IMG/VR virus record: IMGVR_UViG_3300013936_000011
Span: 1 to 64,000 of that record
Strand: one strand, 5' to 3'
DNA length: 64,000 bases
Source of the DNA: a virus
Lineage: Duplodnaviria > Caudoviricetes
Shown piece after piece: positions 16,421 to 27,417 of the stretch. Under the pieces are notes generated by a model. It worked only from the letters and a program-made list of their open reading frames with translations. It had not been told where the DNA came from and did no database searches. Both the position numbers and the translations under genes were made by a program. Positions within the stretch are counted from its first letter, which is position 1, and each line of letters begins with the position of its first letter.

Positions 16421-16965
16421 TATATATGGCTGTTGGAGATATAGGAAAAAAAGCAATACAATTTGGTAGAAACGTAGCATATGGTTTAAAAGGTTCAACT
16501 GTAGGATGGGCCGAAGGTATAGGCATACGTCAAATACAAGCTAATATGACTGCAGACCAAAAGAAACATTTACTTGAATATGGTAAGAAAGCTGAACAAG
16601 CAGCTTTAAGGAATGGTAAAACTGCTAAACAAGCTAAAGACATATCACGTGACGCTAGAAGAGAGTTAGGAGAACGTATACTTGCTAAACAAACTAAGGG
16701 TTATCAAGTAGGAGATTTCCTTGGCTATGGCGTACGTAATATATATAAAAATAAAAAAGATGGAATGCCATTTGATAAAGCAGTACAAAAAGCATTCACT
16801 AAGACTGTTAAAGACGATAAAGGTAATCTTGTTAAACAACTTAATGCTAAAGCTATAGCTGGTACAGCAGTAACAGCTGGTATGGCTGCAAGGGTAGCAT
16901 CAGGTGGAGGTCTATACAAAGACCGTAACGGTAATACAAACATACCTGTTATTCCGTTTATTTAG
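16417..16965 (+). CDS. Basic Gly/Ala-rich protein, candidate internal virion/ejection protein
   Basis: Composition, C-terminal hydrophobic Gly/Ala stretch; start may be 16426. Confidence 0.55.
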   Translation: MIYMAVGDIGKKAIQFGRNVAYGLKGSTVGWAEGIGIRQIQANMTADQKKHLLEYGKKAEQAALRNGKTAKQAKDISRDARRELGERILAKQTKGYQVGDFLGYGVRNIYKNKKDGMPFDKAVQKAFTKTVKDDKGNLVKQLNAKAIAGTAVTAGMAARVASGGGLYKDRNGNTNIPVIPFI

Positions 16966-16980
16966 GAGTGTGATTTATAA

Positions 16981-17667
16981 ATGAAGATTCCAGGACTAGG
17001 TTTTATAGGGAAACGAATAGGTAAAGTTATAAGTCAATCTGGAGGACCTGAAGCTAGTGCGCTTAAAGCTATTGGAAAAGTTGGAGCCTTTGTAGGTAAA
17101 GGTATAACAAAAGGATTTAAAGTAGGTGCAAATGCTGCTGCTAAAGTTATTGGATTAACAGAAGAGGCTGCAGATGGAAGAACTATCTTTGAGATGGGTA
17201 AAGACATCGGCAAGGCTGCTGGTAAAAAAATAGGTAAGGCAGGAGCATATGTAGCTGCAGAAGGAGGGGCTCAGTTAAATTACGCTAATTTTATTGCACA
17301 ACAATTAACTGGTAAAGCACCAATAACTAGTTCCCTACTAGGAACTAATCATCCAGTAACAAAGATTATGAAAGCTATGGCTCCATTAAAACCTTCTGAT
17401 AAAAGCTTAATAGGATACAAATTAAGCAAAACAGGTAAAGGTTTAGTAATTGGTGGAGCTATAATGGCTGGAGTAAAAGACGGAGCTGTTGCTTTTAATA
17501 ATTCTAGAATTGGTACTAACGACGGTACTGTTTATAACAACTTATTGCAATCTAATGGTCAAGGTAATACTTGGCAAAGTATGCAACACAATTATTTAAA
17601 TAATGCAGGAGCTACAGGAGATCTTGGTCTTGCATTACATGACTTGCATCATTCTCCATATTATTAA
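16981..17667 (+). CDS. Basic Gly/Ala-rich protein, candidate internal virion/ejection protein
   Basis: Composition and position; AGGAG SD. Confidence 0.55.
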   Translation: MKIPGLGFIGKRIGKVISQSGGPEASALKAIGKVGAFVGKGITKGFKVGANAAAKVIGLTEEAADGRTIFEMGKDIGKAAGKKIGKAGAYVAAEGGAQLNYANFIAQQLTGKAPITSSLLGTNHPVTKIMKAMAPLKPSDKSLIGYKLSKTGKGLVIGGAIMAGVKDGAVAFNNSRIGTNDGTVYNNLLQSNGQGNTWQSMQHNYLNNAGATGDLGLALHDLHHSPYY

Positions 17668-17688
17668 AATTAAAGGAGGTGAGAATAG

Positions 17689-20600
17689 ATGCCAAGAACA
17701 CCAGATAATGAATATTACAGACAACGTATAATAAATAGTATGTGGAATAATATGGATCCAAATATGACTATCGGTGACGTACAACAATCGTTTGCTTCAT
17801 CTGGTATTGAACCTGTTAGACCAGGCGAAATAAATCCACAGCAAGCTTATCGAGATATGGTTAATAGGAGACAGCAAATACAGATAAATGATGCATGGAA
17901 AAATGTAAATAATAATATGAGCGTAGAAAATTTCATGGATCAATTTGTCGGCGTTGATGGACAAACGCAATTAGATATAAATGGACAAAAACTTCGTATG
18001 CGCGGTATTCAAAACAGAAATGCTGGCATACCTGAACAAGAAATCGGAGGAGATATATGGGATTATATTAATAGAAATAACATAAATGCTACTATAGGAG
18101 ACGTTCAAAAATCATTTGAAGCTGCAGGTGTGCAACCTGTCAACTCAGGAGACATCAATGCTCAACAAGCACATCAAGAAATGATAGGTCGTAGACAGCA
18201 ATCACAAATAGAAGACGCATATAAAAATATAGATAAGAATACAACTATTGAAGAATTCATGGACCGTTTTGTAGGTATAGATGGGCAAACACAACAAGAC
18301 ATAGACGCTATGAAGCTTTCTAATAGAGTAAAACAAAACAGAGCTGCTGGATTGTCAGAACAAGAATCTATAGACGATATGTGGAACTATATAAGTAGCA
18401 ACAATATAAATGCTTCTCTAGAAGATGTACAAAAGTCATTTGAGGCTGCAGGTGTAGAAGCAGTTAAGCCTGGAGAAATCGATACTCAACAAGCTGTTTC
18501 AGAATTACGAGCTCATAGAGATCAATCTCAAATCGATGATATATATAAAAACCTTGATCCTAACATGTCAATAGAAGACTTTATGGATCAATTCGTAGGT
18601 GTCGATGGACAGACTCAACAAGATATCGATGCTATGAAATTATCTAATAGAGTTAAACAGAACAAACGTGCTGGGCTATCTGAACAAGAATCAATAGATG
18701 ACATGTGGAATTACATTAACGACAATAACTTAAATGCATCTATCGAGGATGTTCAGAAATCATTTGAATCAGCTGGAGTTGAAGGAGTAGTGCCAGGTGA
18801 AGTAATTCCGAGCCAAGCTGTTTCTGAATTAGCTGGCGCGAGAGAACAAGAACGTATAGACAAGATATGGAACAATCTAGACCCTAATATGTCTGTTGAA
18901 GATTTTATGGACCAATTCGTTGGAATAGACGGTCAAACTCAACAAGATATCGACAGACAAAAACTTATAAACAGAGTTAAACAAAACAGAGCAGAAGGAT
19001 TAGGCGAACAAGAAGCTATCGATGATATGTGGAAATATATCAGTGATAATAATTTAAATGCATCAGTAGAAGATGTTCAAAAATCGTTCGAAGTAGCAAG
19101 AGGCGTAAGACCTGAATCTGACCTTCGTAGAGTTACTGAAGAAGCCGCTTTGACTTACGACGGTATTCCTGAAAGCGTAACAAAGCAATTCGATACATTT
19201 AAACCTACTGTTAAAACATTAAAAGATGGTTCAAGAATCGAAACCATAGATTTAGGTAATGACATGTTTACGAATGTCAAATTCGATAAAGATAACAATA
19301 TTTTAAGTAAAGGTTACACAAAAGGCAAAGATGCTTATAATGTTTATTATAATACAGAAGGAGATATTGTATCTGAAGCATATAAACACAATAAGGTAAC
19401 TAATAATGTTGTTGAATATAATAAAAAGTTTGAACCCACAGACATAACGACAACAAAAGAATTTGATTTAGAAACTGCTAAAGGACTTAAATCAGAAGCT
19501 AATAAATTATGGGAACAATTGCAATATGGTGGAATTAATGATCAAATACCTTATGTTCATTATAAAAATTATAATCAACCAATTAATCCGAACCCAAATC
19601 CACAACAACCACAACCAAAACCTGAGCCAAAAACTAAGCCAGGTCCACAACCTGAACCAAATACTTTCAATCCAGAACAACCAGATCCTACATTACATTT
19701 TAATCAACCAGATTATAAAAAATATAAAATGCATGATGTTGTAGCTGATGAATTTACACCTACTCCATTAAGCAGTTATGATAGACGAATGAAGGAGTAC
19801 AGTGATTACATAGAAGAATATGAAAGAATGCAAAAGATGGCTCAAGAGTCTGCTCTTACTTCTGAAGCAGGAGCTCGTAATTATGAAAAGAATAAAGATG
19901 CACTTGAAAAATTCTTTGGTAAAGATAAATTCAGTTCTGAAGATGCTGCATTAAAATATGAAGAAGCTAAACTTTATGGACCTCATAGAGACAATCCTAA
20001 CGATCCATTACGAAGAAATAGTAAAGCTTGGTGGGACGAACGTGAAGAACTTCTTCGCAAACGTAGAGCATGGAGCAAGAACAGACAAAGCTTTGTTAAT
20101 AGTGAAAAAGCTGCACGAGAACTTGCTGATACTAAATTCTTACATGAAGTAGCTGCTAACAGAGATATCTATGATTTGCTTAGAACTCAACCTCCTAATT
20201 ATCTTGGCACACCAGAAGTTATTAAATCAATAACTGATGCTGATAAATGGTTAAAAGATGAAGAGAATATAGCTCGTTACAATAGCATACCAGAAGAATT
20301 TAGGAATCAGGTCGAAGGAGACATCAAAAAGAAAAGATTCGAACTTAATAAAGCTAGACGTAACGCTAAGCTTGATGCTGATTACGCTAACTTCAGATCT
20401 AATTATGAGTCTTTAACAGCATCACAAAAAGAACAAATGAGACGTTTACGTAGATTAGAATCTAGATATAGAAAGGTTAATGACCCTACTAGACGTGCAG
20501 ATATCTTAGACGAAATAAATCAAACTAAAGATAAAATTAAAGATTTAAAGAGTCAAAGAAAAAGTACTAAAAAAGATATGAAGCGTACAAACGCTAAAAC

Positions 20601-21306
20601 GCGTGATAGAGCTAGTAATATCAAAGAAGAAATAGGAAATATAAAAAATGAAATAAATGATAATAAAATCTTCGGTTCAATTCAAGAAGCATTCGAAAAA
20701 GAAAGAGCTGCTAATCCTTCATTAACTATGGAACAGTATTTAAAAGATAATTATAAAAATACTCGATTCGAAAACTTTAAGCCTAAAGCCGATTACGAAG
20801 TAGAGCAACTTAAAGATAAATTACAATTCCATAAAGATTTATTAAAAGAAAAGGCTGGTATAGATATAGCTAAAGAAGAAGGAGATATAGTAGAGAGAGG
20901 TCTAGCTAAACTTAAGAAAGCTAGTAAGCTTGATATAGCAATGTCAACTGTCGGTGCTATCAGTAAATATAAAGATTCACGTAAACAAGGACGTGGAGTT
21001 ATGTCTTCTGCAGCACGTGCTGGTGTTGACTTCGCCGCATCTCAATTAATGGGTCCAGGATTATATATGGGTCTTACTGCATTTAGAGCAGCTCCTAAAG
21101 CGCTCGTTACTGGTGCAATGTATTTACAAAACGAGGTACGACAAATGAATACAGCTTCTAGATTCAGAGTATTTGGGGACGCTAGTTTCCAAGATTCAGA
21201 TCAATTAGCTACAATGAGACAATCTGGCATGGAAATGGCTAAGATGGCTAATTACAATCTAGAACAAACATTAATGGGTAACGAGGCTCGTTATTTACAT
21301 AAGTAA
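17689..21306 (+). CDS. 1205-aa protein: 108-aa tandem repeats, Pro linker, coiled coil, Gly/Ala C-terminus
   Basis: Long ORF with GGAGG SD; repeats visible in protein and DNA. Confidence 0.9.
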   Translation: MPRTPDNEYYRQRIINSMWNNMDPNMTIGDVQQSFASSGIEPVRPGEINPQQAYRDMVNRRQQIQINDAWKNVNNNMSVENFMDQFVGVDGQTQLDINGQKLRMRGIQNRNAGIPEQEIGGDIWDYINRNNINATIGDVQKSFEAAGVQPVNSGDINAQQAHQEMIGRRQQSQIEDAYKNIDKNTTIEEFMDRFVGIDGQTQQDIDAMKLSNRVKQNRAAGLSEQESIDDMWNYISSNNINASLEDVQKSFEAAGVEAVKPGEIDTQQAVSELRAHRDQSQIDDIYKNLDPNMSIEDFMDQFVGVDGQTQQDIDAMKLSNRVKQNKRAGLSEQESIDDMWNYINDNNLNASIEDVQKSFESAGVEGVVPGEVIPSQAVSELAGAREQERIDKIWNNLDPNMSVEDFMDQFVGIDGQTQQDIDRQKLINRVKQNRAEGLGEQEAIDDMWKYISDNNLNASVEDVQKSFEVARGVRPESDLRRVTEEAALTYDGIPESVTKQFDTFKPTVKTLKDGSRIETIDLGNDMFTNVKFDKDNNILSKGYTKGKDAYNVYYNTEGDIVSEAYKHNKVTNNVVEYNKKFEPTDITTTKEFDLETAKGLKSEANKLWEQLQYGGINDQIPYVHYKNYNQPINPNPNPQQPQPKPEPKTKPGPQPEPNTFNPEQPDPTLHFNQPDYKKYKMHDVVADEFTPTPLSSYDRRMKEYSDYIEEYERMQKMAQESALTSEAGARNYEKNKDALEKFFGKDKFSSEDAALKYEEAKLYGPHRDNPNDPLRRNSKAWWDEREELLRKRRAWSKNRQSFVNSEKAARELADTKFLHEVAANRDIYDLLRTQPPNYLGTPEVIKSITDADKWLKDEENIARYNSIPEEFRNQVEGDIKKKRFELNKARRNAKLDADYANFRSNYESLTASQKEQMRRLRRLESRYRKVNDPTRRADILDEINQTKDKIKDLKSQRKSTKKDMKRTNAKTRDRASNIKEEIGNIKNEINDNKIFGSIQEAFEKERAANPSLTMEQYLKDNYKNTRFENFKPKADYEVEQLKDKLQFHKDLLKEKAGIDIAKEEGDIVERGLAKLKKASKLDIAMSTVGAISKYKDSRKQGRGVMSSAARAGVDFAASQLMGPGLYMGLTAFRAAPKALVTGAMYLQNEVRQMNTASRFRVFGDASFQDSDQLATMRQSGMEMAKMANYNLEQTLMGNEARYLHK
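17713..19095 (+). repeat. Coding tandem repeat, period 324 nt (108 aa), about 4.3 copies
   Basis: DVQ(Q/K)SF codons start at 17776, 18100, 18424, 18748 and 19072. Confidence 0.9.
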
Positions 21307-21342
21307 ATAATATATTAATTAATAGGAAGGAGGAAATAGTGT

Positions 21343-23121
21343 ATGGCGAATATTTTGCCAAAAGCTCAACAACTAAAACTACAAAACGTAATGAATGATC
21401 CTGTTAAATGGGCTCAAACGTTTTTAATAAGTTATGATAAGAATTTGAAAAAAGATACGCCATGGACTGCACGTTGGTATCAAGTACAGATGCTCCGCGA
21501 TAAATCTCTTAAAAAGGTTTATCGTTGTGGGCGTCGTACTGGCAAATCCGAGGTTATGGTTGTAGAAGCACTATATAATGCAACCACTAACAGAAACTAC
21601 AGGGTTTTATTAATAACACCGTATGAAGCGCAAGTACGTTTATTATTCATGAGACTTAACGAATTGAAAAACTCTAGTCCGTTGCTTGCCAGTCTTATTA
21701 CATCTACTACTAAGAATCCATATAAGATGGAATTTAAAAATGGTAGCTGTATAATGGGATTTACAACAGGAGCATCCTCTGGTTCTTCAGGGGCTTCTAT
21801 TCGTGGTCAAGCCGCAGACTTACTAATACTAGATGAATGTGACTATATGGCCGATGGTGATTTCGATTCAATAATCATGATAGCAGGTGAAAGACCTGAC
21901 ATACGTGTTATAATGAGTTCTACTCCAACTGGTAGACGTGGTAATTTCTATAACTGTTGTACTAATAAAGCAACAGGTTATGTTGAACATTATCATCCAT
22001 CTACTCACAACCCTCAATGGTGCGAAAAGATGGAAGCAGAAATGAGAGCTATGCTTTCTGAACAAGGTTATATTCACGAAGTTTTAGCTGAATTTGGAGA
22101 TCAAGACACAGGTGTATTCAATAAAGATAGACTTGATGAAGCATTAACATTCTATGACTATTCATACAGAGAACTTGATTGCTATCAAAAAATGAGATGT
22201 GAAGAAAGTGGTAAATGGCCAGAAATGTTAATATATGACGAAACTAATCCAGCTCCACCTAATATATTCCGTACAATGGGTGTTGACTGGGATAAATACG
22301 GAGCGTCATCATCTATACTAATATTAGAATACAATATGGAATTACAGAAATTTATGGTTCTATTACGATATGAAATGCCGAAAGCAGAATACTCATATGA
22401 TGAAGCAGTTAACACTATCATAAGACTTAATAGAATATATAATCCATCATTTATCTATTGTGATAGAGGTGCAGGCGAATATCAAATAGAAAGATTACAT
22501 ATTTATGGAGACGAACATCCTGAAAGTGGTTTAAAACAAAAAGTAGTTGGTTGGTCATTCAGTAATAAATTAACAGTACATGACCCTGTTACTGGTGAAG
22601 AAGATAGTAAACCAATGAAACCATTTATGGTATCACAATTACAAATAGCTTTCGAAAGAAACAATTTAGCTTTATCTCCATATGATGAAGTATTATTCAA
22701 ACAATTAATAGACTATGAAGTAGAAAGAATGGGAGCTAATGGAATCCCTACTTTCACTAGTAAAGAAGAACACTTTATAGACGCACTTGGACTTGCTTAT
22801 TTAGCAATGACTTTACGTTTTAAACAATTAACAGGAGTAATGCAAGACCTAGAAGTATCTTCTAATTTCGTTACATCTAATGTTAATTTAGCTCGTAAAG
22901 ATGATACTCGTGCAATGGGTCTTGGAAGAACTGGTAAGGTAGCACCAGAAGTACAAGAATTCTATGAAAACTATCAATATGATGAACATCCAGACGAGCA
23001 ACAAAAATGGGTTAAAACTAATTTTAGTAGCAGTTATTATAATAATAACTCTTTCTACAATAGCTCAAGTAGGTCTACATGGGGCTCAAGATCTGGAGGA
23101 CTAGGGAATTTTAGAAGGTGA
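21343..23121 (+). CDS. terL: Terminase large subunit
   Basis: Walker A GRRTGKS, Walker B LLILDE, SSTP coupling motif, nuclease GVDW and HFIDAL. Confidence 0.93.
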   Translation: MANILPKAQQLKLQNVMNDPVKWAQTFLISYDKNLKKDTPWTARWYQVQMLRDKSLKKVYRCGRRTGKSEVMVVEALYNATTNRNYRVLLITPYEAQVRLLFMRLNELKNSSPLLASLITSTTKNPYKMEFKNGSCIMGFTTGASSGSSGASIRGQAADLLILDECDYMADGDFDSIIMIAGERPDIRVIMSSTPTGRRGNFYNCCTNKATGYVEHYHPSTHNPQWCEKMEAEMRAMLSEQGYIHEVLAEFGDQDTGVFNKDRLDEALTFYDYSYRELDCYQKMRCEESGKWPEMLIYDETNPAPPNIFRTMGVDWDKYGASSSILILEYNMELQKFMVLLRYEMPKAEYSYDEAVNTIIRLNRIYNPSFIYCDRGAGEYQIERLHIYGDEHPESGLKQKVVGWSFSNKLTVHDPVTGEEDSKPMKPFMVSQLQIAFERNNLALSPYDEVLFKQLIDYEVERMGANGIPTFTSKEEHFIDALGLAYLAMTLRFKQLTGVMQDLEVSSNFVTSNVNLARKDDTRAMGLGRTGKVAPEVQEFYENYQYDEHPDEQQKWVKTNFSSSYYNNNSFYNSSSRSTWGSRSGGLGNFRR

Positions 23122-23127
23122 TAAATA

Positions 23128-24915
23128 ATGGCTGACGATAAACAACGCTTAGGCTATACGCCACAGATAAAGTATACAGAAGATTATTATTCAGACTATA
23201 ATCCGCCTGCTACTACTCAGACATCAAATGTATCTACAACATCATCTCTTGCACAGGCTGCTAATAGAATAGACAGTTTAATAGATGGTTTACCATCAGA
23301 GTTAGCTAATGCAATACGAGATATCTACAATCCTGTAATAGATATGATTTACACTCCTTTCTTGAAGGATAAAGTTATACCCGATAAATCAATTCAAAAA
23401 GAATTAATAATTAAAATAAATAAGGATGATAAGACACCACCAGATCCTAATCCTAAACCACCAGGTGGAGACCCAGATAATCCTCCAGATAAACCGCCTA
23501 CTCCTGGCGGAGGTGACGATCCTGATAAACCACCTGTTAATCCACCAGGCCCTGATCCTGGTGGTGGAGATGATAAACCGAGTATAATTAATGTGCAATC
23601 TATCTATTTAGATAATAGAAGTATTTTTATTAATGTAGGTCAATACAGAAAATTAAACGCTACAATCGTACCATCAAATGCTACAGATAAAACTGTTTAT
23701 TGGTCAAGTGATGATGAATCTATTGCTACAGTAGACCAAGATGGTAATGTATATGGAGTAGCACTTGGTAAATGTAGTGTTTATGCAAGAACGTCAGATA
23801 GACGTAAATATGCAAAGTGTAGAGTCAGAGTATTAAAAAATGGTGGTTCAGGTACTGATGAACCTGAAAAGCCAGATCCTACTCCTGGCGGAGACGATGA
23901 TAAAGATATACATGTATTAAGAGTAGAGGTTGAACCTAAATATCATGCTATGAACAAACATAAAAAAGTACAACTTACAGCAACAATATATCCAGATAAC
24001 GCCAGTAATAAAGAAGTCATATGGTATTCTTCTGATACGAATATATGTACTGTAGATGAGTACGGCGTTGTTAATAGCCATGATGAAGTAGGACAATGTA
24101 AGATTTACGTAGAATCAGTTGATACGCATAAGAAAGCTACATGCTATATAAATGTAGTATCAGATGATGAAAATCCAGACGATAAACCAGATGACGATTC
24201 ACATCCTGGTCATCATCCTAATCCTGATCCAACACCTGGTGGTAATCCTGATGATGATCCATCAAAAGATAATCCTGATGGTTCTGATCCAGATGATGAT
24301 GATGATGATGATGGATTATGGGATACAGACGATTTACCAGAGCTTATAGTCAAGAGAGAAGATATACGTGACGTAATAGAAAATGAATTTATTAGAAATA
24401 TATCCGATTTGCTAGATTACTATTTTAATAGATTAATCAAACAATTAAGTGGTTATTACTATAATAATTTAAGCGCACTTATGGGGCTTAATACTTCTAG
24501 TGTTAAGAAGCTTGTAGGCAATATAGAAGATTTGACAGTAAAACTTGATTCTCAACATTTAAAAGATTTAGCTTTACGTCAAGAAAAAATATCAAACGTT
24601 AAATTAAGCTTCTTTGAAAATAATTTTAACGTACATCAAACTACACGTCATATTCAATCATTCTTAGTTACTTACGAATTAAAAAAACGTTATGTAAATA
24701 TACAATTCGGTAATAGCAAAACTAATGAAGGTTCGTTATCTAATACAGTTCTTAAAGGAGCTCGTCAATCTTACGATAAACAATATGAAGATACATATAT
24801 AGATTTATTTAAATATTTGAATTCATCTATTAAGATTTCAGATGATATTTTTGATGAAATAGCAAGAGGTTATAAAATGAAAGAATTAATGATTAAGAAA
24901 GGTGGAACACGATAA
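23128..24915 (+). CDS. Virion-associated protein with two Big_2 (bacterial Ig-like) domains and Pro/Asp-rich linkers
   Basis: LNATIVPSNATDKTVYWSSDDESIATVDQDG and LTATIYPDNASNKEVIWYSSD Big_2 signatures. Confidence 0.85.
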   Translation: MADDKQRLGYTPQIKYTEDYYSDYNPPATTQTSNVSTTSSLAQAANRIDSLIDGLPSELANAIRDIYNPVIDMIYTPFLKDKVIPDKSIQKELIIKINKDDKTPPDPNPKPPGGDPDNPPDKPPTPGGGDDPDKPPVNPPGPDPGGGDDKPSIINVQSIYLDNRSIFINVGQYRKLNATIVPSNATDKTVYWSSDDESIATVDQDGNVYGVALGKCSVYARTSDRRKYAKCRVRVLKNGGSGTDEPEKPDPTPGGDDDKDIHVLRVEVEPKYHAMNKHKKVQLTATIYPDNASNKEVIWYSSDTNICTVDEYGVVNSHDEVGQCKIYVESVDTHKKATCYINVVSDDENPDDKPDDDSHPGHHPNPDPTPGGNPDDDPSKDNPDGSDPDDDDDDDGLWDTDDLPELIVKREDIRDVIENEFIRNISDLLDYYFNRLIKQLSGYYYNNLSALMGLNTSSVKKLVGNIEDLTVKLDSQHLKDLALRQEKISNVKLSFFENNFNVHQTTRHIQSFLVTYELKKRYVNIQFGNSKTNEGSLSNTVLKGARQSYDKQYEDTYIDLFKYLNSSIKISDDIFDEIARGYKMKELMIKKGGTR

Positions 24916-25235
24916 TGAATATTAAACCAGCTAGAGGAAGAGTAGTACTTAGATTACCTAGAGAAGAAAGAAAAGAAGAAAAAACTTCTTCAGGTATAAT
25001 CATACCTAAAAATAGTAAAAGTGATGCCGAAGCTAGAAAAGACTTTGCTGAAGTATATGCAGTAGGGGAAGGTAAAATATTAAGCAATGGTGTCATAATG
25101 CCTATGGAATATGAACCTGGGCAAATAGTATTATTTAATAAATATGCAGGTATGCAAGTAATAGATGCTAGCGAACCTAACTATAAGTATTTAATAATAA
25201 GAGATACAGATATAGAAGGTATTATATCAGAATAG
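24915..25235 (+). CDS. groES: Co-chaperonin GroES (Cpn10)
   Basis: IKPARGRVVL, KTSSGIIIP mobile loop, VYAVGEG, VLFNKYAG, YLIIRDTDIEGII. Confidence 0.92.
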   Translation: MNIKPARGRVVLRLPREERKEEKTSSGIIIPKNSKSDAEARKDFAEVYAVGEGKILSNGVIMPMEYEPGQIVLFNKYAGMQVIDASEPNYKYLIIRDTDIEGIISE

Positions 25236-25248
25236 GAAGTGGTTACAC

Positions 25249-27417
25249 ATGAGTATAAGAGACCGCCTATTTCCGCCAAGCAAAAAAGACAAAATTGATC
25301 CTGTAGAAAAGGAATTAATAGAAACTATTCAAGAGGGATTGGTTAAATCCTCTCCCCTTGAGTTTAAAGAGGTGAGAGTAGACGAAGGCATATCTTTTAC
25401 TAAAAAGGTAAGCAGCTTATTTAATCCTAAAGCGATAAGCAATTTTGCTGTTAAATCTGTAGGATTCTTAACTTCTCAAGTATATCGTAGAGAAGTATTT
25501 AGTAGACCAGAGTACAATCTAGAAGAAATAAGAGACGCTAGTGAATCTGATTCATACATTAAGATTTCATTCTCTAAATATTCATACTTAATATTTAAAG
25601 CAGGATGGACATTTAAAAGTGATAATCAGGAAGCTATAGATTATCTTAATAAAAGATTTAAACTTATGTCTTATTGTACAGGCAAACCTATGGATATACT
25701 TTTACAGGAGATAGCCGACGACTTTACTAGATATTCAAACGTTATTCTATTAAAGTCTAGAGTTGATTCTATACCTGGAGTAAAAGCTACTCCGTTTGAC
25801 AGTGATCAAGTCGTAGGTGGATATTGTAGGGTAGATCCAGCTTCAGTAAAAATCAAAAGAGATAAATATGGTAATGTAATTAAATATGAACAAGGACATG
25901 GGGCTAATAAAAAACAATTCTTTCCACGTGATGTTATTCATATGTATTACGACAAAGATGCTAATAATGCTTTTGGTACACCAAGAATAATAGCAGCATT
26001 AGATGATGTTAAATTATTAAGAAAAATAGAAGGTAATATAGTAGCATTGATACATAGATTTTCTATGCCACTATATCAATGGAAGATAGGTATACCAGAA
26101 GTAGGATTTCAAGGTACTGATGCTGAAATAAATCGTGCTAAACGTGAAGTAGAATCAAGTTCACTTGATGGACTTATTATTACAAATGAAAAAACAGAAA
26201 TAAAAGCTATAGGAGCTGAAGGTCATGCTCTTAATGCAGAACCTTACTTAAGATATTTTGAAGACAGAGTTTTCTCTGCTCTTGGTGTTTCTGCTTCTCA
26301 AATGGGTAGAGGCGGAGCTAAACAAGATGCAGACTCTATGGAAGCTCAAATACATGATACAGTTAAGTTTATACAAAGAACTATATCTACATGGATAAAA
26401 GAAACTGTAATAACTGAGTTATTATTAGAAGGTGGATTTAATCCATTCGATGGTTCAGCAGATGTAGATTTTGCATTTGAAGAAATCTCACTTGAAACTA
26501 AACTTAAAAAAGAAAATCATGAAATGCTTAAATATCAATCTAACATTACTACATTTGAAGAAGCAAGAAGAAAAATGGGTATGAAAGATGAAGTAGAAGA
26601 TGAAGATAGATTATATCAACGTATGATAGCAGATAAATCTAGTCTTGATCAAATAGATAGAAATGGAGAATGGCAAGAAAGATTAGCTAAAATAAATGCA
26701 GCTAAGACTGCAGCTAATAATAGTTCAAGTTCTTCATCATCAAATTCTTCTAGTAAATCATCTGTTAGTACTAGCAAATCTAAAACAAGAAACACTAGTG
26801 GTCAAAAGCAACCAAGTAAGGCTGCTACTAATAATAACAGACCACAAAATCAACATGGTACTTCTAGCGTAAAAGTTAAAGAGCTATCAGATTTAGTATT
26901 AGATTTTATATTAGACTTACAGGAAGATAGCATTTCTAATGAAACTGTAATAAGTCTGTATGAAAATACAATATATGACTACTTTATAAGAGAGCTAAAC
27001 AGAATAAGCCTTAGAGCCATTAATGAAGCGACAATCGAAATCAATTCAGTTGACGAATCTTATCACTTACTTCCTAATAAGAAAATTGATATTTCTAGTC
27101 AAAATAAAGAATTACAAAAAAATATTCGTACAATCCTTGAAGATATGAATGATTCTAGTAGTAATAATAAAGATGATATCAGTAGTTTATCTAATTACTG
27201 TACATATCGTTTAAAACTACTATTAGAACAGCATGCGAAAACTACATATGATTTTTCTTATATTAAAGCAGGTTCTTTATTAGGAATGAAGGAAGTCTAT
27301 ATTAAACAAGGAAATGAAATTGAAAATATAGATATTAATTTTGTAGAAAGTTTAAATGATGTAGAAGTTTTTAATAACTATACAATCACTTACGATAAGA
27401 GAGGTGATAATGAATAA
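25249..27417 (+). CDS. Portal protein
   Basis: Position between terminase and protease; DVIH, FGTPRI, ALGVS and TFEEARRKMG portal-like motifs. Confidence 0.8.
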   Translation: MSIRDRLFPPSKKDKIDPVEKELIETIQEGLVKSSPLEFKEVRVDEGISFTKKVSSLFNPKAISNFAVKSVGFLTSQVYRREVFSRPEYNLEEIRDASESDSYIKISFSKYSYLIFKAGWTFKSDNQEAIDYLNKRFKLMSYCTGKPMDILLQEIADDFTRYSNVILLKSRVDSIPGVKATPFDSDQVVGGYCRVDPASVKIKRDKYGNVIKYEQGHGANKKQFFPRDVIHMYYDKDANNAFGTPRIIAALDDVKLLRKIEGNIVALIHRFSMPLYQWKIGIPEVGFQGTDAEINRAKREVESSSLDGLIITNEKTEIKAIGAEGHALNAEPYLRYFEDRVFSALGVSASQMGRGGAKQDADSMEAQIHDTVKFIQRTISTWIKETVITELLLEGGFNPFDGSADVDFAFEEISLETKLKKENHEMLKYQSNITTFEEARRKMGMKDEVEDEDRLYQRMIADKSSLDQIDRNGEWQERLAKINAAKTAANNSSSSSSSNSSSKSSVSTSKSKTRNTSGQKQPSKAATNNNRPQNQHGTSSVKVKELSDLVLDFILDLQEDSISNETVISLYENTIYDYFIRELNRISLRAINEATIEINSVDESYHLLPNKKIDISSQNKELQKNIRTILEDMNDSSSNNKDDISSLSNYCTYRLKLLLEQHAKTTYDFSYIKAGSLLGMKEVYIKQGNEIENIDINFVESLNDVEVFNNYTITYDKRGDNE

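Noticed and set aside
24292-24312. GAT microsatellite
   Set aside because: Encodes a poly-Asp linker in frame; no sign of phase variation
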